Virus record (IMG/VR): IMGVR_UViG_3300037755_000418
Location: 1-26,247 of that record
DNA length: 26,247 nt
Direction: 5' to 3' (one strand)
Source of the DNA: a virus
Lineage: Duplodnaviria; Caudoviricetes
Below, one piece after another: positions 7,613 to 16,501 of this stretch. Every line of letters begins with the position of its first letter. The first letter of the stretch is position 1. The position numbers and the translations under genes were made by a program. The notes under the pieces were generated by a model. That model made no database searches and had not been told where the DNA came from. It worked only from the letters and a program-made list of their open reading frames with translations.

Positions 7613-8485
7613 CTAGATGCGGGCGGCGCGGACAGCGACGGTGAGGGTGGCGTCGGTGGTGGTGCCTGACGCACGGAACCGCACCTCGTTTGAACCGGGT
7701 TGGAACGGCGACCACACCGAGTCGTCGGACAGTCGGCCGTAGCGGGACGCGCCGGTGGCGAAGTTGATGGATCGGCGGGCGGGGTGGGTGTCGATGATGA
7801 GTTGTTGGCCGGGGGTCATGGCGACGCCACCGTTGGCGTTGAGCGCCAGTCGGGTTCCGGCGGTCACGTATTCGATGATCGGGTTGGTGAGCGTCCCCGC
7901 TGTGGGGGCGGCGATCGTGTAGACCGGCCACGACTCCCACGACCCGTCGAGGAGGACGGACGATCCTCCACCCGACCCGCCGGCGCCCCAGTTGATCGGC
8001 CACACCGCCGGCCAGGTGAACCCGGCCGCCGACTCGAACGGGGCGACGACCGTCGACGATTCGGTCGCCGAGTACACGGCGGGGTCTTCGGCGAGGAACT
8101 CGATGACCGTCCGGTACAGGCCGACCGCCTCTGTCGACGTGTCGCGGCGTTGGGAGCGGCGGGCAACCGACGCGTAGACGATGCCTTCCCATCCGTCGGC
8201 GTGGACCAGTCCGTAGGGGTGACGGACGTCCCTCGATGGGATGGTGGCGGCCCGCAACGCTTGGGCGAGTGCTTCCCCTTCGGCGGGCGTGTCGCCGGCG
8301 TGCCACACTTCGAGGGTGATCCGTTTGATCGACGCCAGACGGTCGTGAACGAGGCCACCGTGATATCGGGGCAGGTCGGGAACCGATCCTTCGACCAGCA
8401 AGTCATCGAGTCCGTCTTCGGCGACAATGTGATAGTCGGATGAGCCTCCGAAGGTGATTCCCCGCCATGTGCGTGTCGACGTCAC
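7613..8485 (-). CDS. Distal tail protein (Dit)
   Basis: 290 aa immediately after the tape measure gene. FLAEDP, GFTWPAVWPINWG, LTNPII and FQPGSNEVRF segments are Dit-like. Confidence 0.85.
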   Translation of the reverse strand: MTSTRTWRGITFGGSSDYHIVAEDGLDDLLVEGSVPDLPRYHGGLVHDRLASIKRITLEVWHAGDTPAEGEALAQALRAATIPSRDVRHPYGLVHADGWEGIVYASVARRSQRRDTSTEAVGLYRTVIEFLAEDPAVYSATESSTVVAPFESAAGFTWPAVWPINWGAGGSGGGSSVLLDGSWESWPVYTIAAPTAGTLTNPIIEYVTAGTRLALNANGGVAMTPGQQLIIDTHPARRSINFATGASRYGRLSDDSVWSPFQPGSNEVRFRASGTTTDATLTVAVRAARI

Positions 8486-8489
8486 AGTC

Positions 8490-10547
8490 TCACACTCCCG
8501 CCGCTCGACGCTTCCAGGCGATCGCGGCGGCGATGTCCTCGGGGTCGGCGGCCGATGTCACGTTCAGGTCGCGGAACAACTGGCCTCCCGAGGATGATCC
8601 GGCGACGTCGGATAGTCCACCTTGCAGGAGGGTGAGCGACGGGACGGTGGCCCGGGCGACACGTTCGGCGGCCGACACGACGGTGGGGGTGGTGGCGTCC
8701 ATACCGACGGCGAGCCCGAGCGGGATTTGTCGGCCGAGCTCGGCCATCAGCTTCGATGGCGATCTGATGCCCAACGCTGAGGCGATGGGACCGGGAATGT
8801 GGTCGCCGACCCATCCGAGGAGCTTCTCTTTCAGCCAGGAGCCCATCGACTTGATGCCGTCCCAGATGCCCTCGACGATGTTGGATCCCCATTCTTTGGC
8901 GTCCTCCCACACTCCCGCCGCGATTCTGGTGATCGAATCCCAGATGGCCTGCCACGCCTCCTTCAGGAGGGTCTTGCCGACTTCGAAGGCGGAGACCAGC
9001 ACCTCCCATGCCTGCTCGAGGATGGCTTTGATGCCGTCCCACAGGGCGGACCAGATTCGGGACAGGGCGTCTTTGAGGGCGGACCAGTCGCCGCGGAAGA
9101 TGGCCGCGAAGGCGTCGAAGATACCGCGGATGATGCCGAGGACCGACTGGATGACCCGTTTGATCCGGTCGAATGTGCCGGTCACGAACGCGAGGATGCG
9201 TTCGCCGTGCTGTTCCCAGATTCGGGAGATGATCGGCCACACCTTCTCGATGATCGCCTGAATCAGGTTCATGGCGCCTTCGACGACACCGCGGATGGCG
9301 TCGAAGATGCCACGGAATGTGTCACCGAGGGTGGTGATGATCTGGGAGATGGCCGAACTGTCGTCGGTGACCGCCGTCCGGAACCCGCCTACCACGGTGG
9401 TGATCCCGTCGACAATCGGGCCGACCACCGCGGCGACCTGCTCGAACACGCCCCGCAGGAAGTCGACGGCCCGCGGGATGTTCTCGCCGAGCCAGACAGC
9501 GAGAGCCTCGGCTTTGGGGGCGAGCTGTTCCATGAACGACCCCATCGCCCCGAACACTGACGCCGCCAGCGGTTCAAGCGCTACGAGCGTCCGGTTCTTG
9601 AGGATGTCCCACTTTTGCCGCCAGTCCTCGGTGTCGGCTGCGGCGCCCCGGATCGTGTCCTCACCGGAGGCGATCTGGTCGATCAGGTCACCCACCTCGA
9701 ACCGTCCCTCGCGGATGGCGGCGGCCATGTCGGGACCGGCCCGGGCGCCGAACAGTTCGAGGGCGAGAGCATTCGCCTCCGACGTCGACCCGGCGTCGGC
9801 GATCTGGTCTGTGACCCGTCGGAACGTCTCCTCGGCCGGTTCACCGGCCCGGGCCAGTTTGCCGAGAGCGATCCGCATCGACCCCATCACCAGCTCGCCG
9901 TTGACGCCCTCCTTCTCGAACGCCGATATCAGGGCGGCGGATTCTTCGAACCCGAACCCGAGTTGACGGAGCGGCGCCCCGAACTTGACCAGCTGGGATG
10001 ACAGGTCGTCGACGCCGATCCCGGTGGCCTGCGACGCCCGGAACAGTTGATCCATCCGTGCGCCCTGATCGTCGGTGGCGACTCCCCAGTCACCGAACAC
10101 TCTGGAGACTTCGGTGATGTTGGATGCCAGGTCGCCGCCGGTGAGCCGGGTCATCTCCAGCATTTGAGCGGCAGTGGCCTCGAGGTCGTCGCCGGTCAAC
10201 CCGAGTCGGGTGTTGAGGCCGGCGACGGCGGTCGCCGCCGAACCGAAGTCGGTGGGGACGTCACGCACGACGTCCCGGAACGAGTCCTGCAGGTCCCCGA
10301 GGGCGACCCCGGTGGCGCCGGTCCCGACCCGGATCGTGTCGAAAGCGTCGTCGAAGGTGGCACCCAGTTTGAGAAGCCCGACCCCGGCGGCGAGCGCGGC
10401 ACCGATCCCGACCGCCAACGCAGCCCCGGCCGCGGTGGCGATGGGACCCATAGCGGAGGTGAACGACGACCCGAACGCGGACATGGCCCGCCCTTCGAGG
10501 CGGGGTGTCAGGTCGATGAATCCTTGGCCGTAGGTGGCGCCCGGCAT
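8490..10547 (-). CDS. Tape measure protein
   Basis: 685 aa, Ala/Gly-rich and helical, with a TP901-type core (FGARAG), periodic W/F repeats and LGIRSPSK near the C-terminus. Follows the chaperone pair. Confidence 0.93.
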   Translation of the reverse strand: MPGATYGQGFIDLTPRLEGRAMSAFGSSFTSAMGPIATAAGAALAVGIGAALAAGVGLLKLGATFDDAFDTIRVGTGATGVALGDLQDSFRDVVRDVPTDFGSAATAVAGLNTRLGLTGDDLEATAAQMLEMTRLTGGDLASNITEVSRVFGDWGVATDDQGARMDQLFRASQATGIGVDDLSSQLVKFGAPLRQLGFGFEESAALISAFEKEGVNGELVMGSMRIALGKLARAGEPAEETFRRVTDQIADAGSTSEANALALELFGARAGPDMAAAIREGRFEVGDLIDQIASGEDTIRGAAADTEDWRQKWDILKNRTLVALEPLAASVFGAMGSFMEQLAPKAEALAVWLGENIPRAVDFLRGVFEQVAAVVGPIVDGITTVVGGFRTAVTDDSSAISQIITTLGDTFRGIFDAIRGVVEGAMNLIQAIIEKVWPIISRIWEQHGERILAFVTGTFDRIKRVIQSVLGIIRGIFDAFAAIFRGDWSALKDALSRIWSALWDGIKAILEQAWEVLVSAFEVGKTLLKEAWQAIWDSITRIAAGVWEDAKEWGSNIVEGIWDGIKSMGSWLKEKLLGWVGDHIPGPIASALGIRSPSKLMAELGRQIPLGLAVGMDATTPTVVSAAERVARATVPSLTLLQGGLSDVAGSSSGGQLFRDLNVTSAADPEDIAAAIAWKRRAAGV

Positions 10548-10548
10548 G

Positions 10549-11171
10549 TCACCTCCCCCGAATCGTGGCGGCGAACTGTCTCAGCCGTGCACCCGCCGAT
10601 GCAGGCCTGGTCGCCTGTCCGGTGGGGCGGGGAATGTGCAGCAGTTTGGGGCGGCCGCGGTTCTTGCTGTTGGCGGCGACGAGGATCTGAGCGACCAGAT
10701 GGGTCATCTCGACCGTCAACGCTGCCAGTTCCTCACCGACACCCCACTCGTGGCCGCCCCACGTGCGGGAGCTGTCAGGCAGGCCGCGGACGAGGACCAT
10801 GAGCCGGCGACAGTCCAGAGCGGCGGCGTCGAGCCCGTACGAGCGTTGGATGTCCGCCTCGACTGCTCGCCACCGGTGGGCGATCAGCCAGCCGAGGCTG
10901 CCGATTCCCCCGGGGCCAGCCCGTAGTCCCGGGCGATCTCTTCGAGATGCAGGTCGGTGAGGTGTGCCAGAAGATGCACTTTGAGTTCGTGGTTGCCGCC
11001 GGCGAGCACGTCAGCGAGGAGGGTGAAGTCTTGGTCGCCGATGGCGGCGGCGACCCCGAGGGGCAGCCGGGCCGGGAGGGTGAATGTCCTCCCGGCCAGC
11101 TTGTATCGGCGGGGATCACCCAACGCGGCGGCTACCGCTGCGTCGAGGTCCTTGACTTTGGCGGCGGTCAC
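10549..11171 (-). CDS. Tail assembly chaperone, long form (GT) via -1 frameshift at 10905-10911
   Basis: The -1 frame after GGGGGAA reads GGIGSLGWLIAHRWRAVEADIQRSYGLDAAALDCRRLMVLVRGLP... to the stop at 10549. Fusion is about 207 aa. Confidence 0.85.
10884..11171 (-). CDS. Tail assembly chaperone, short form (G)
   Basis: 95 aa directly after the major tail gene (GTGA overlap), ending ...YGLAPGESAASAG. Confidence 0.85.
   Translation of the reverse strand: MTAAKVKDLDAAVAAALGDPRRYKLAGRTFTLPARLPLGVAAAIGDQDFTLLADVLAGGNHELKVHLLAHLTDLHLEEIARDYGLAPGESAASAG
10905..10911 (-). other. Programmed -1 ribosomal frameshift site G GGG GAA
   Basis: CCG GGG GAA in the G frame. GGGGGAA is the known actinophage tail-chaperone slippery heptamer, and the -1 frame is open to 10549. 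Confidence 0.85.
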
Positions 11172-11737
11172 GATGTAGCGGCGTCGTCGATGCCGACGAA
11201 TGTCAACAGGTTGGTCGGGTCACCGGTCGACAAGACGTCGTAGACGACGTTGATGACCGAGAGGCCGTCGCCGGGAAACTCGAAGCTGTCACCACCCCGG
11301 TTGGAGACCTTTCCGATCCACACGCCGATGTAGCGTGCGCCGTCTTGGATGACGACGAGCATCTCTCGTTCGACCGGGTTGCCGGACTCAGGGACGACCA
11401 GGGTGGCTGTCCCAGAGTTGAACACGGCGCCAGGGAAGAACTCGGCCAGGTTGTCGGCGTTCCACTGGAGCAGCCCGACGTTGACCATCGGTTTTGTGAC
11501 CCGAGTGATGGATCGGACGGGAGCGACGGCGTTCCAGCCGTAGTGTTTCGAGTTGTCGCCTTCGAACCCTTCGAACTGGGGTCCGTCTTCGTCGAGCCAG
11601 CCGACGTGGACCCAGCCGGCTGTTTCGAGGGCGGTCTGGTCGTCGAGGTCGGCTTCGGCGGGGACGCCGGTGCCGAGCGGGGCGAGGTACAGCGACCCGG
11701 CGCTCTTGGCGAGGGTCTCGTCTGATATGAGCGCCAT
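11168..11737 (-). CDS. Major tail (tube) protein
   Basis: 189 aa with GSLYLAPLGT and GWVHVGWLDEDG motifs, GAAAGGAG RBS, and position between the terminator protein and chaperones. Ends ...DDAATS. Confidence 0.9.
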   Translation of the reverse strand: MALISDETLAKSAGSLYLAPLGTGVPAEADLDDQTALETAGWVHVGWLDEDGPQFEGFEGDNSKHYGWNAVAPVRSITRVTKPMVNVGLLQWNADNLAEFFPGAVFNSGTATLVVPESGNPVEREMLVVIQDGARYIGVWIGKVSNRGGDSFEFPGDGLSVINVVYDVLSTGDPTNLLTFVGIDDAATS

Positions 11738-11761
11738 GACGCTCTCCTTTCGGTCGGGGGC

Positions 11762-12160
11762 TCAGTCGTGGGCGGTGAGGCGGACGGTGAGTTCGTATCG
11801 GGGGCCGGGCTGCCCGGAGACGGGCCAGTCGGGGTCGGGCAGGTAGAGGACACCGCCGAGTGTCTCGACCCGGATGAGGGTTCCGGCGGTTGTGACGTTG
11901 CGGCCGTCGAGGATCGATGAATGCAACGACTGGTAGGCGGCGGTCAGGAGCGTCAACGCCGCCTGTTTCGTGTCGGCCCAGGCGGTGAGCTGGAGGTCCT
12001 GGCGGATGAGCCGGATGGGCTGTGCCGAGTTGGGCAGCGGGCCGCCGCCGGCTTCCTCGATCCTCAGCACCGGTCGGGACACACCGTCGGGGAGCGCGGC
12101 GTATGCGGCGACGCCGGCGGCGTGGAGGATGGTCAGAGTGAGGAGGGCGACGTCGGTCAT
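11762..12160 (-). CDS. Tail terminator protein
   Basis: 132 aa with AGGGP, QLTAWA and LPDPD...PRYELT segments; position just before the major tail gene. Confidence 0.78.
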   Translation of the reverse strand: MTDVALLTLTILHAAGVAAYAALPDGVSRPVLRIEEAGGGPLPNSAQPIRLIRQDLQLTAWADTKQAALTLLTAAYQSLHSSILDGRNVTTAGTLIRVETLGGVLYLPDPDWPVSGQPGPRYELTVRLTAHD

Positions 12161-12426
12161 GCGACTCGGTGGGTGTCGAGCGCCCGTTTGACGGGTCGAC
12201 GGGCCGGGGCGTAGCGGCTGCCGTATTCGACGGCGACGGCGGCTGCGCCGCGGGGCCCGATCCTCACGGTCTGATCGTCAAGGCGATCCCAGGAGATCCC
12301 GACGGGTGCCCGAGTGTTGGCGTTGGCTGTCCGGGCGATCGCTGACGCTGCGTCCTCGACCGCTGCTTTCACTTCCCGGTCGTCGAGGATGGCGTGTTCG
12401 TCGAGCGTGTAGACGGCGCGTGCCAT
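12157..12426 (-). CDS. Neck/tail-completion protein (HK97 gp10-like)
   Basis: 89 aa starting MARAVYT with GGAGG 6 nt upstream. C-terminal AVAVEYGSRYAPARRPVKRALD motif. Confidence 0.72.
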   Translation of the reverse strand: MARAVYTLDEHAILDDREVKAAVEDAASAIARTANANTRAPVGISWDRLDDQTVRIGPRGAAAVAVEYGSRYAPARRPVKRALDTHRVA

Positions 12427-12428
12427 CA

Positions 12429-12776
12429 TCAGCCTCCGTCGTCGGTGATGTGGGTCAGGTCGACGGCGAGATACGCCACGTCGAGGGTGCGGGGGTTGGT
12501 CCACTGTCGGGCCGGGCCGGCCACTTCCAACTCGAGGCCGGTGGCCATGACCAGCCTGTCAGATGTGCCGATGTTGGTTTCTGGCGGAAACCATCCGGTG
12601 TAATCGACCCTTCCGGCGGGACGGTCGGCGACTTCGCCGGACCGGCCGGGTTGGATGTGACAGAGCACGGCGGTGGTGGTCTCTTCCCAGGTGGGGGTGC
12701 CGTAGGCGTCGTCGGGGCCGGTCTGGGTGCGGCGGACGACGAGCGCCTCCTGGCGCATGAGCGCTGTGACTGTCAC
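12429..12776 (-). CDS. Head closure / head-to-tail stopper protein
   Basis: 115 aa with DDAYGTP, CHIQP, SDRL and LEVAGPARQW segments; connector position. Confidence 0.78.
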   Translation of the reverse strand: MTVTALMRQEALVVRRTQTGPDDAYGTPTWEETTTAVLCHIQPGRSGEVADRPAGRVDYTGWFPPETNIGTSDRLVMATGLELEVAGPARQWTNPRTLDVAYLAVDLTHITDDGG

Positions 12777-13198
12777 GGCCAGACAATCGACTGGTCGACG
12801 GGGTCGGCGATGCGGTCAACCCAGTCGATGTCGTCGTCCTGATCTCGGGTGGTCGGCTGCACCCACAGTCCGGTCTTGCCAGCCGCCTTGCGGAGCGCCT
12901 TCTTCTCCGATTCGGTCAACAGCAGGCCGACCATCGACGTGCGGGTGAAGCTGTAGGAGCCGATCGTTTCTTGGGTGGTGCCGGTCGGGTTGGTTTCCGA
13001 GTCGAGTGACGCCTGGTATTTGCGGGCGGCGACCTCAGCGAAGGTGGCCGCCAGGCCGGCGGATATCGGTTCGGTCTGGGCGCCGACGTGGACCTCGGCG
13101 AGCGCCTGGAGGTGGGCGATGAGTTCGACGATGTACTCGTCGTTGTCGAGCTCGATTCGGAGGAGGGTGGCGACTCGGGCGGGGGTGATCCATGCCAT
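12773..13198 (-). CDS. Head-to-tail adaptor
   Basis: 141 aa starting MAWITPARV (GAGGAG upstream). NPTGTTQETIGSYSF...LLLTESEKKAL is the usual actinophage adaptor motif. Confidence 0.82.
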   Translation of the reverse strand: MAWITPARVATLLRIELDNDEYIVELIAHLQALAEVHVGAQTEPISAGLAATFAEVAARKYQASLDSETNPTGTTQETIGSYSFTRTSMVGLLLTESEKKALRKAAGKTGLWVQPTTRDQDDDIDWVDRIADPVDQSIVWP

Positions 13199-13500
13199 CA
13201 GGTTGTCTCCTCGCCGTAGACCACGATCCGGCCGGCGGCTCGGATGGGGATCTCGGGGGCGGATGTGACCCGCAGCCACACCATCCATTCGCCGATGTCG
13301 AGGGCAATGTCCACTCCGAGCAACAGCCTGGCCGAGGCTGTGTTGGCGTCGTATTCGGCGGCGGTCCAGGCCGTCGGGTCGGCGTCAGATCCGTAGACGG
13401 TGAATGCCATCTCGTAGTCGAGGGTGGCGGCAGCGGCTCCGCCGATGGTGGTCGGGACGTAGAGGTGTTCGATCGAGTCGACGTGTATGCGTTGGCTCAT
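13198..13500 (-). CDS. Small beta-rich virion protein (fibre-associated, function unknown)
   Basis: 100 aa, overlapping both neighbours. WTAAEY...ARLLLG...GEWMVWLRVTSAPEIPIRAAG suggests an Ig-like sandwich. Confidence 0.7.
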   Translation of the reverse strand: MSQRIHVDSIEHLYVPTTIGGAAAATLDYEMAFTVYGSDADPTAWTAAEYDANTASARLLLGVDIALDIGEWMVWLRVTSAPEIPIRAAGRIVVYGEETT

Positions 13501-16106
13501 ATGTGTGGCCTCCCCACTGTCCGCAGCGTGGCGGGCGGTTCGACAGAACCTGATCTGGATGGGACCGCTACCAGGCCGGCCACATGAGGGAAGCCGGCGA
13601 GCACGGTCACGTTCGCTGCCTGCTCTGCCTGACCCTCCGCGATGCCAGCCCAGGAGACGGCGCCTGATGCGGAAGCCTGGGGGTCGGTCGTTCCGGCGGC
13701 GATACCGTCCCAGGTGAGCGATCCTGAGCCGGTGCCTTCTGTGACGGAGACGCCGTTGACCGTGCCGAACCAGGTGGCTTCGCCAGTGGCCGATCCTTCG
13801 GAAACGTCGGTGGGGGCTTCTCCGGTGGCGGCACCGTCCCAGGTGATCGACCCTGAGGCGGAGCCTTCCGGGGCGGACACCCCGGTCGCAGCACCCGCCC
13901 AGGTGATCGACCCGTCAGCGGTGCCATCTGAGATGCCGGTGGGGGCTTCTCCGGTGGCGGCACCCGCCCAGGTGATCGACCCTGAGGCGGCGCTTTCCGG
14001 GGCGGACACCCCGGTCGCAGCACCCGCCCAGGTGACCGACCCTGAGGCCACGGCTTCCGGGTTGGATGCGCCGACGGCGGCGCCGACCCATCCGAACGTT
14101 CCTGAAGTGTTGCCCTCGGAGACGAACACCCCGGTCGCAGCACCCGCCCAGGTGACCGACCCTGAGGCGTCTCCTTCGTGGACGGCGGTGCCATCCACAG
14201 CCCCCGCCCAGGTGACCTCACCGGTAGCGTTGCCCTCGGAGGCGGACACACCGGTCGCGCCACCCGCCCATGTGACCGATCCCGCCCCGGATCCTTGATG
14301 GATGCTTGCACCGGTTGCCGATCCGGCCCAGGTGACGGACCCGGTGGTGGTGCCCCCGTGGACGGCTTCGCCGGCGACCGATCCCGCCCATCCGACCGCA
14401 CCGGTCGCTGATCCTTCGGCGGCAACGGGGGTCTGGCCGTCCGCGGCACCGGCCCAGGTGATGTCACCAGTGGCGGAGCCTTGAAGGTCGGCTACACCGT
14501 CCGCGGCACCGGCCCAGGTGATGTCACCAGTGGCGGAGCCCTGAAGGTCGGCTACACCGTCCGCGGCACCGGCCCATCCGACTGTCCCCGGTGCGGCTCC
14601 CTCAGACGTGAATGCACCGGTTGCGGCGCCGACCCAGGAGACTGCTCCGGTTGCGGCGCCGGTACGGACCGCCGCGCCGGTTGCCGATCCCGCCCAAGTG
14701 ACGGTCCCGCTGGTCGCGCCCTCCCGGTCTGTTGTTCCAGTGGCCGAACCGGCCCAGGTGATAGCACCGGAGCCGGCACCGTCAGACCCGTCGGTGGCCG
14801 GGTTCAGGACGATCGACCACCAGGCGTTTTCCTCTGTGGTGGACGTGGACCATGACCACGTTCCGATGGCTCCGGCGGTCGCTTTCGAGCCGTAGAACAA
14901 GCCGACCGACCCGTCTGACCCTTGGTCAGATTCGTACACGCCGACGTCGGTGATCCCGGAGAGTGCAGCGTTCGCGGGCGACGCAGCGTTTGTACCGATC
15001 CCGTCACCATGGGTGAAGAACAGGGCTGCGACGGCGTCCGCGACTGTGGAGGTTTGCCCGGTGACCGCCGAATGCGATGTGACGTTCGTGCCGTCTGATC
15101 CGGACGCGGCGGTGACGTCGAACGGGTCGGCCGGGTCGACCCCGCGGAAAGCGTACGTTCTGGCGATCGTGTGGTTCCCGGCGTCGGGTACCGACGTTGA
15201 TGGTGGACTTCCCGAGTCGTAGATCGCATACCCCAGCGTGGCGCGGGTCCGGTCGACGGCGCCGTCCGTCCCGGATGCGACAGAACCGATCGACGTGTAC
15301 CCGGTGGGGAGACCGTCGGCAGACCCGTCCTCACCTTCGCCCTCGACGAGGATGAAGATGATGTCGTCGTCTTGGATTCCGGCGGGGAGCGCGGCAGTCA
15401 CACCGGCTGTTGATCCGGCGCCGGCGCCGGCGCCGGCGGACGCTATCCCGGTCGGGCCGGCCCCGGTGAGCTCGTCGGGTTCGTCGGTCGAGTAGACGGG
15501 GGTGCCGACCAGTGACAGGTCGTCACCACCAACTGAATCGGTGCCGTTCGTCACATCCGATTCGGAGCCGAACCGGTAGTGGTTCGTGCAAGACCCGGAC
15601 TGGGGTGCTTCGTTCTGGGCTTCGGCGAGCAGGGCGGTGGCGTCGAGCGTCCCCGTCCCGAGTTTCAGGTTCGACGCTTTGCCGTTGAGCGGTTCGGCGG
15701 GTTGCGAGTTCATCACGTCGAACGTGGTGAACGTGTACCCGGACCCGGGGATGCCCGTCTGTGCGGTGCCCGCAGTGACCGACGACCCGCCCGACTCCAT
15801 GTAGTAGGGGGTGAGCGTCCCGGCGGACGTGTTGAACACGAACGCCAGGAAGTACCAGGTGTCGATGGAGAGGGCGACGCCGGTGGATGTGTCGCCGAGG
15901 GTGGTGGACGTTTGGAGGGTGACGCCATCGTTGGTGGTCTGCAACGACAGGTACACCGAGCCGTCGTCGAGACTGAAGAACGACGAGTAGTCGTTGCGGT
16001 CGACATCGAGTTTGAACCAGCCGCACACCCAGAACGACGACCCGAGCGCCAGCCCGGGGGAGAGGGTGCCGGTTAGTCCGTCTAGGCCGTCAGAGTCGAC
16101 CGACAT
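13497..16106 (-). CDS. Large fibre/adhesin-like virion protein: LamG/ConA-like domain, second beta domain, tandem-repeat stalk
   Basis: 869 aa with GGGAGG RBS. FWVCGWFK, DTWYFLAFVF, LNGKASNLK and HYRF...DSVGG match LamG-like jelly-rolls. LPAGIQDDDIIFILV...YAFRGVD domain follows, then 19 Trp-centred repeats. Confidence 0.8.
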   Translation of the reverse strand: MSVDSDGLDGLTGTLSPGLALGSSFWVCGWFKLDVDRNDYSSFFSLDDGSVYLSLQTTNDGVTLQTSTTLGDTSTGVALSIDTWYFLAFVFNTSAGTLTPYYMESGGSSVTAGTAQTGIPGSGYTFTTFDVMNSQPAEPLNGKASNLKLGTGTLDATALLAEAQNEAPQSGSCTNHYRFGSESDVTNGTDSVGGDDLSLVGTPVYSTDEPDELTGAGPTGIASAGAGAGAGSTAGVTAALPAGIQDDDIIFILVEGEGEDGSADGLPTGYTSIGSVASGTDGAVDRTRATLGYAIYDSGSPPSTSVPDAGNHTIARTYAFRGVDPADPFDVTAASGSDGTNVTSHSAVTGQTSTVADAVAALFFTHGDGIGTNAASPANAALSGITDVGVYESDQGSDGSVGLFYGSKATAGAIGTWSWSTSTTEENAWWSIVLNPATDGSDGAGSGAITWAGSATGTTDREGATSGTVTWAGSATGAAVRTGAATGAVSWVGAATGAFTSEGAAPGTVGWAGAADGVADLQGSATGDITWAGAADGVADLQGSATGDITWAGAADGQTPVAAEGSATGAVGWAGSVAGEAVHGGTTTGSVTWAGSATGASIHQGSGAGSVTWAGGATGVSASEGNATGEVTWAGAVDGTAVHEGDASGSVTWAGAATGVFVSEGNTSGTFGWVGAAVGASNPEAVASGSVTWAGAATGVSAPESAASGSITWAGAATGEAPTGISDGTADGSITWAGAATGVSAPEGSASGSITWDGAATGEAPTDVSEGSATGEATWFGTVNGVSVTEGTGSGSLTWDGIAAGTTDPQASASGAVSWAGIAEGQAEQAANVTVLAGFPHVAGLVAVPSRSGSVEPPATLRTVGRPHI
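13630..14790 (-). repeat. Coding tandem repeat, 60-bp/20-aa unit (consensus GSVTWAGAATGxxxxEGxAS), 19 copies
   Basis: 19 W-centred units counted, three of them 22-23 aa. Near-identical 60-bp copies at ~14437-14576 and a 129-bp duplication starting at 13808 and 13937. Confidence 0.92.
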
Positions 16107-16151
16107 ACAACGCCTCCCTGGCGGCGACTACGCCTGGCTGGGCGGCCGCCG

Positions 16152-16499
16152 TCAGGTGGCGGTGCCGGTGATGGTGATGCCGGTCAAGGTGTACTCGCCT
16201 GCTGCGTTGAACGTCTGATCGCCGGTGAGCGGAAGCCACCCGTAGAACGTGCCCGACGTGGAAGCCGACCAGAATCCGATGTGGGTGGCGGGACCCGAGC
16301 TCGCTCCTCCGGTGAATGCCAGGTCGACGGTGGCGACGAGGTCGCCGTTGGCGGCGGTCACCCAGGTGATGGCCTGACGACCGGCGGTCGACTCGTTCGA
16401 GCCGGACCCGTTTGGTTCGGCGGTGTGGATTGCCGCATGGGTCATGGCCGCTTGCATGGCGGCGTTGCCGATGTTGAGGATCGTGTCGTTGAGGGCCAT
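16152..16499 (-). CDS. Small virion structural protein (fibre base/spike-like)
   Basis: 115 aa. IHTAEP..GSNE...RQAITW...THIGFWSASTSGTF is a pattern I recognise from small phage proteins encoded just before fibre genes. Confidence 0.72.
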   Translation of the reverse strand: MALNDTILNIGNAAMQAAMTHAAIHTAEPNGSGSNESTAGRQAITWVTAANGDLVATVDLAFTGGASSGPATHIGFWSASTSGTFYGWLPLTGDQTFNAAGEYTLTGITITGTAT

Positions 16500-16501
16500 G
16501 G

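Noticed and set aside
13642-14298. Plus-strand ORF with PAQVTDP repeats resembling a surface protein
   Set aside because: Antisense shadow of the fibre repeats, with no RBS, signal peptide or anchor evident.
13630-14790. 60-bp periodic repeats as a possible CRISPR array or DGR template/variable pair
   Set aside because: The repeats are in-frame coding units with codon-level variation and no unique spacers; no cas or reverse transcriptase gene is in the window.
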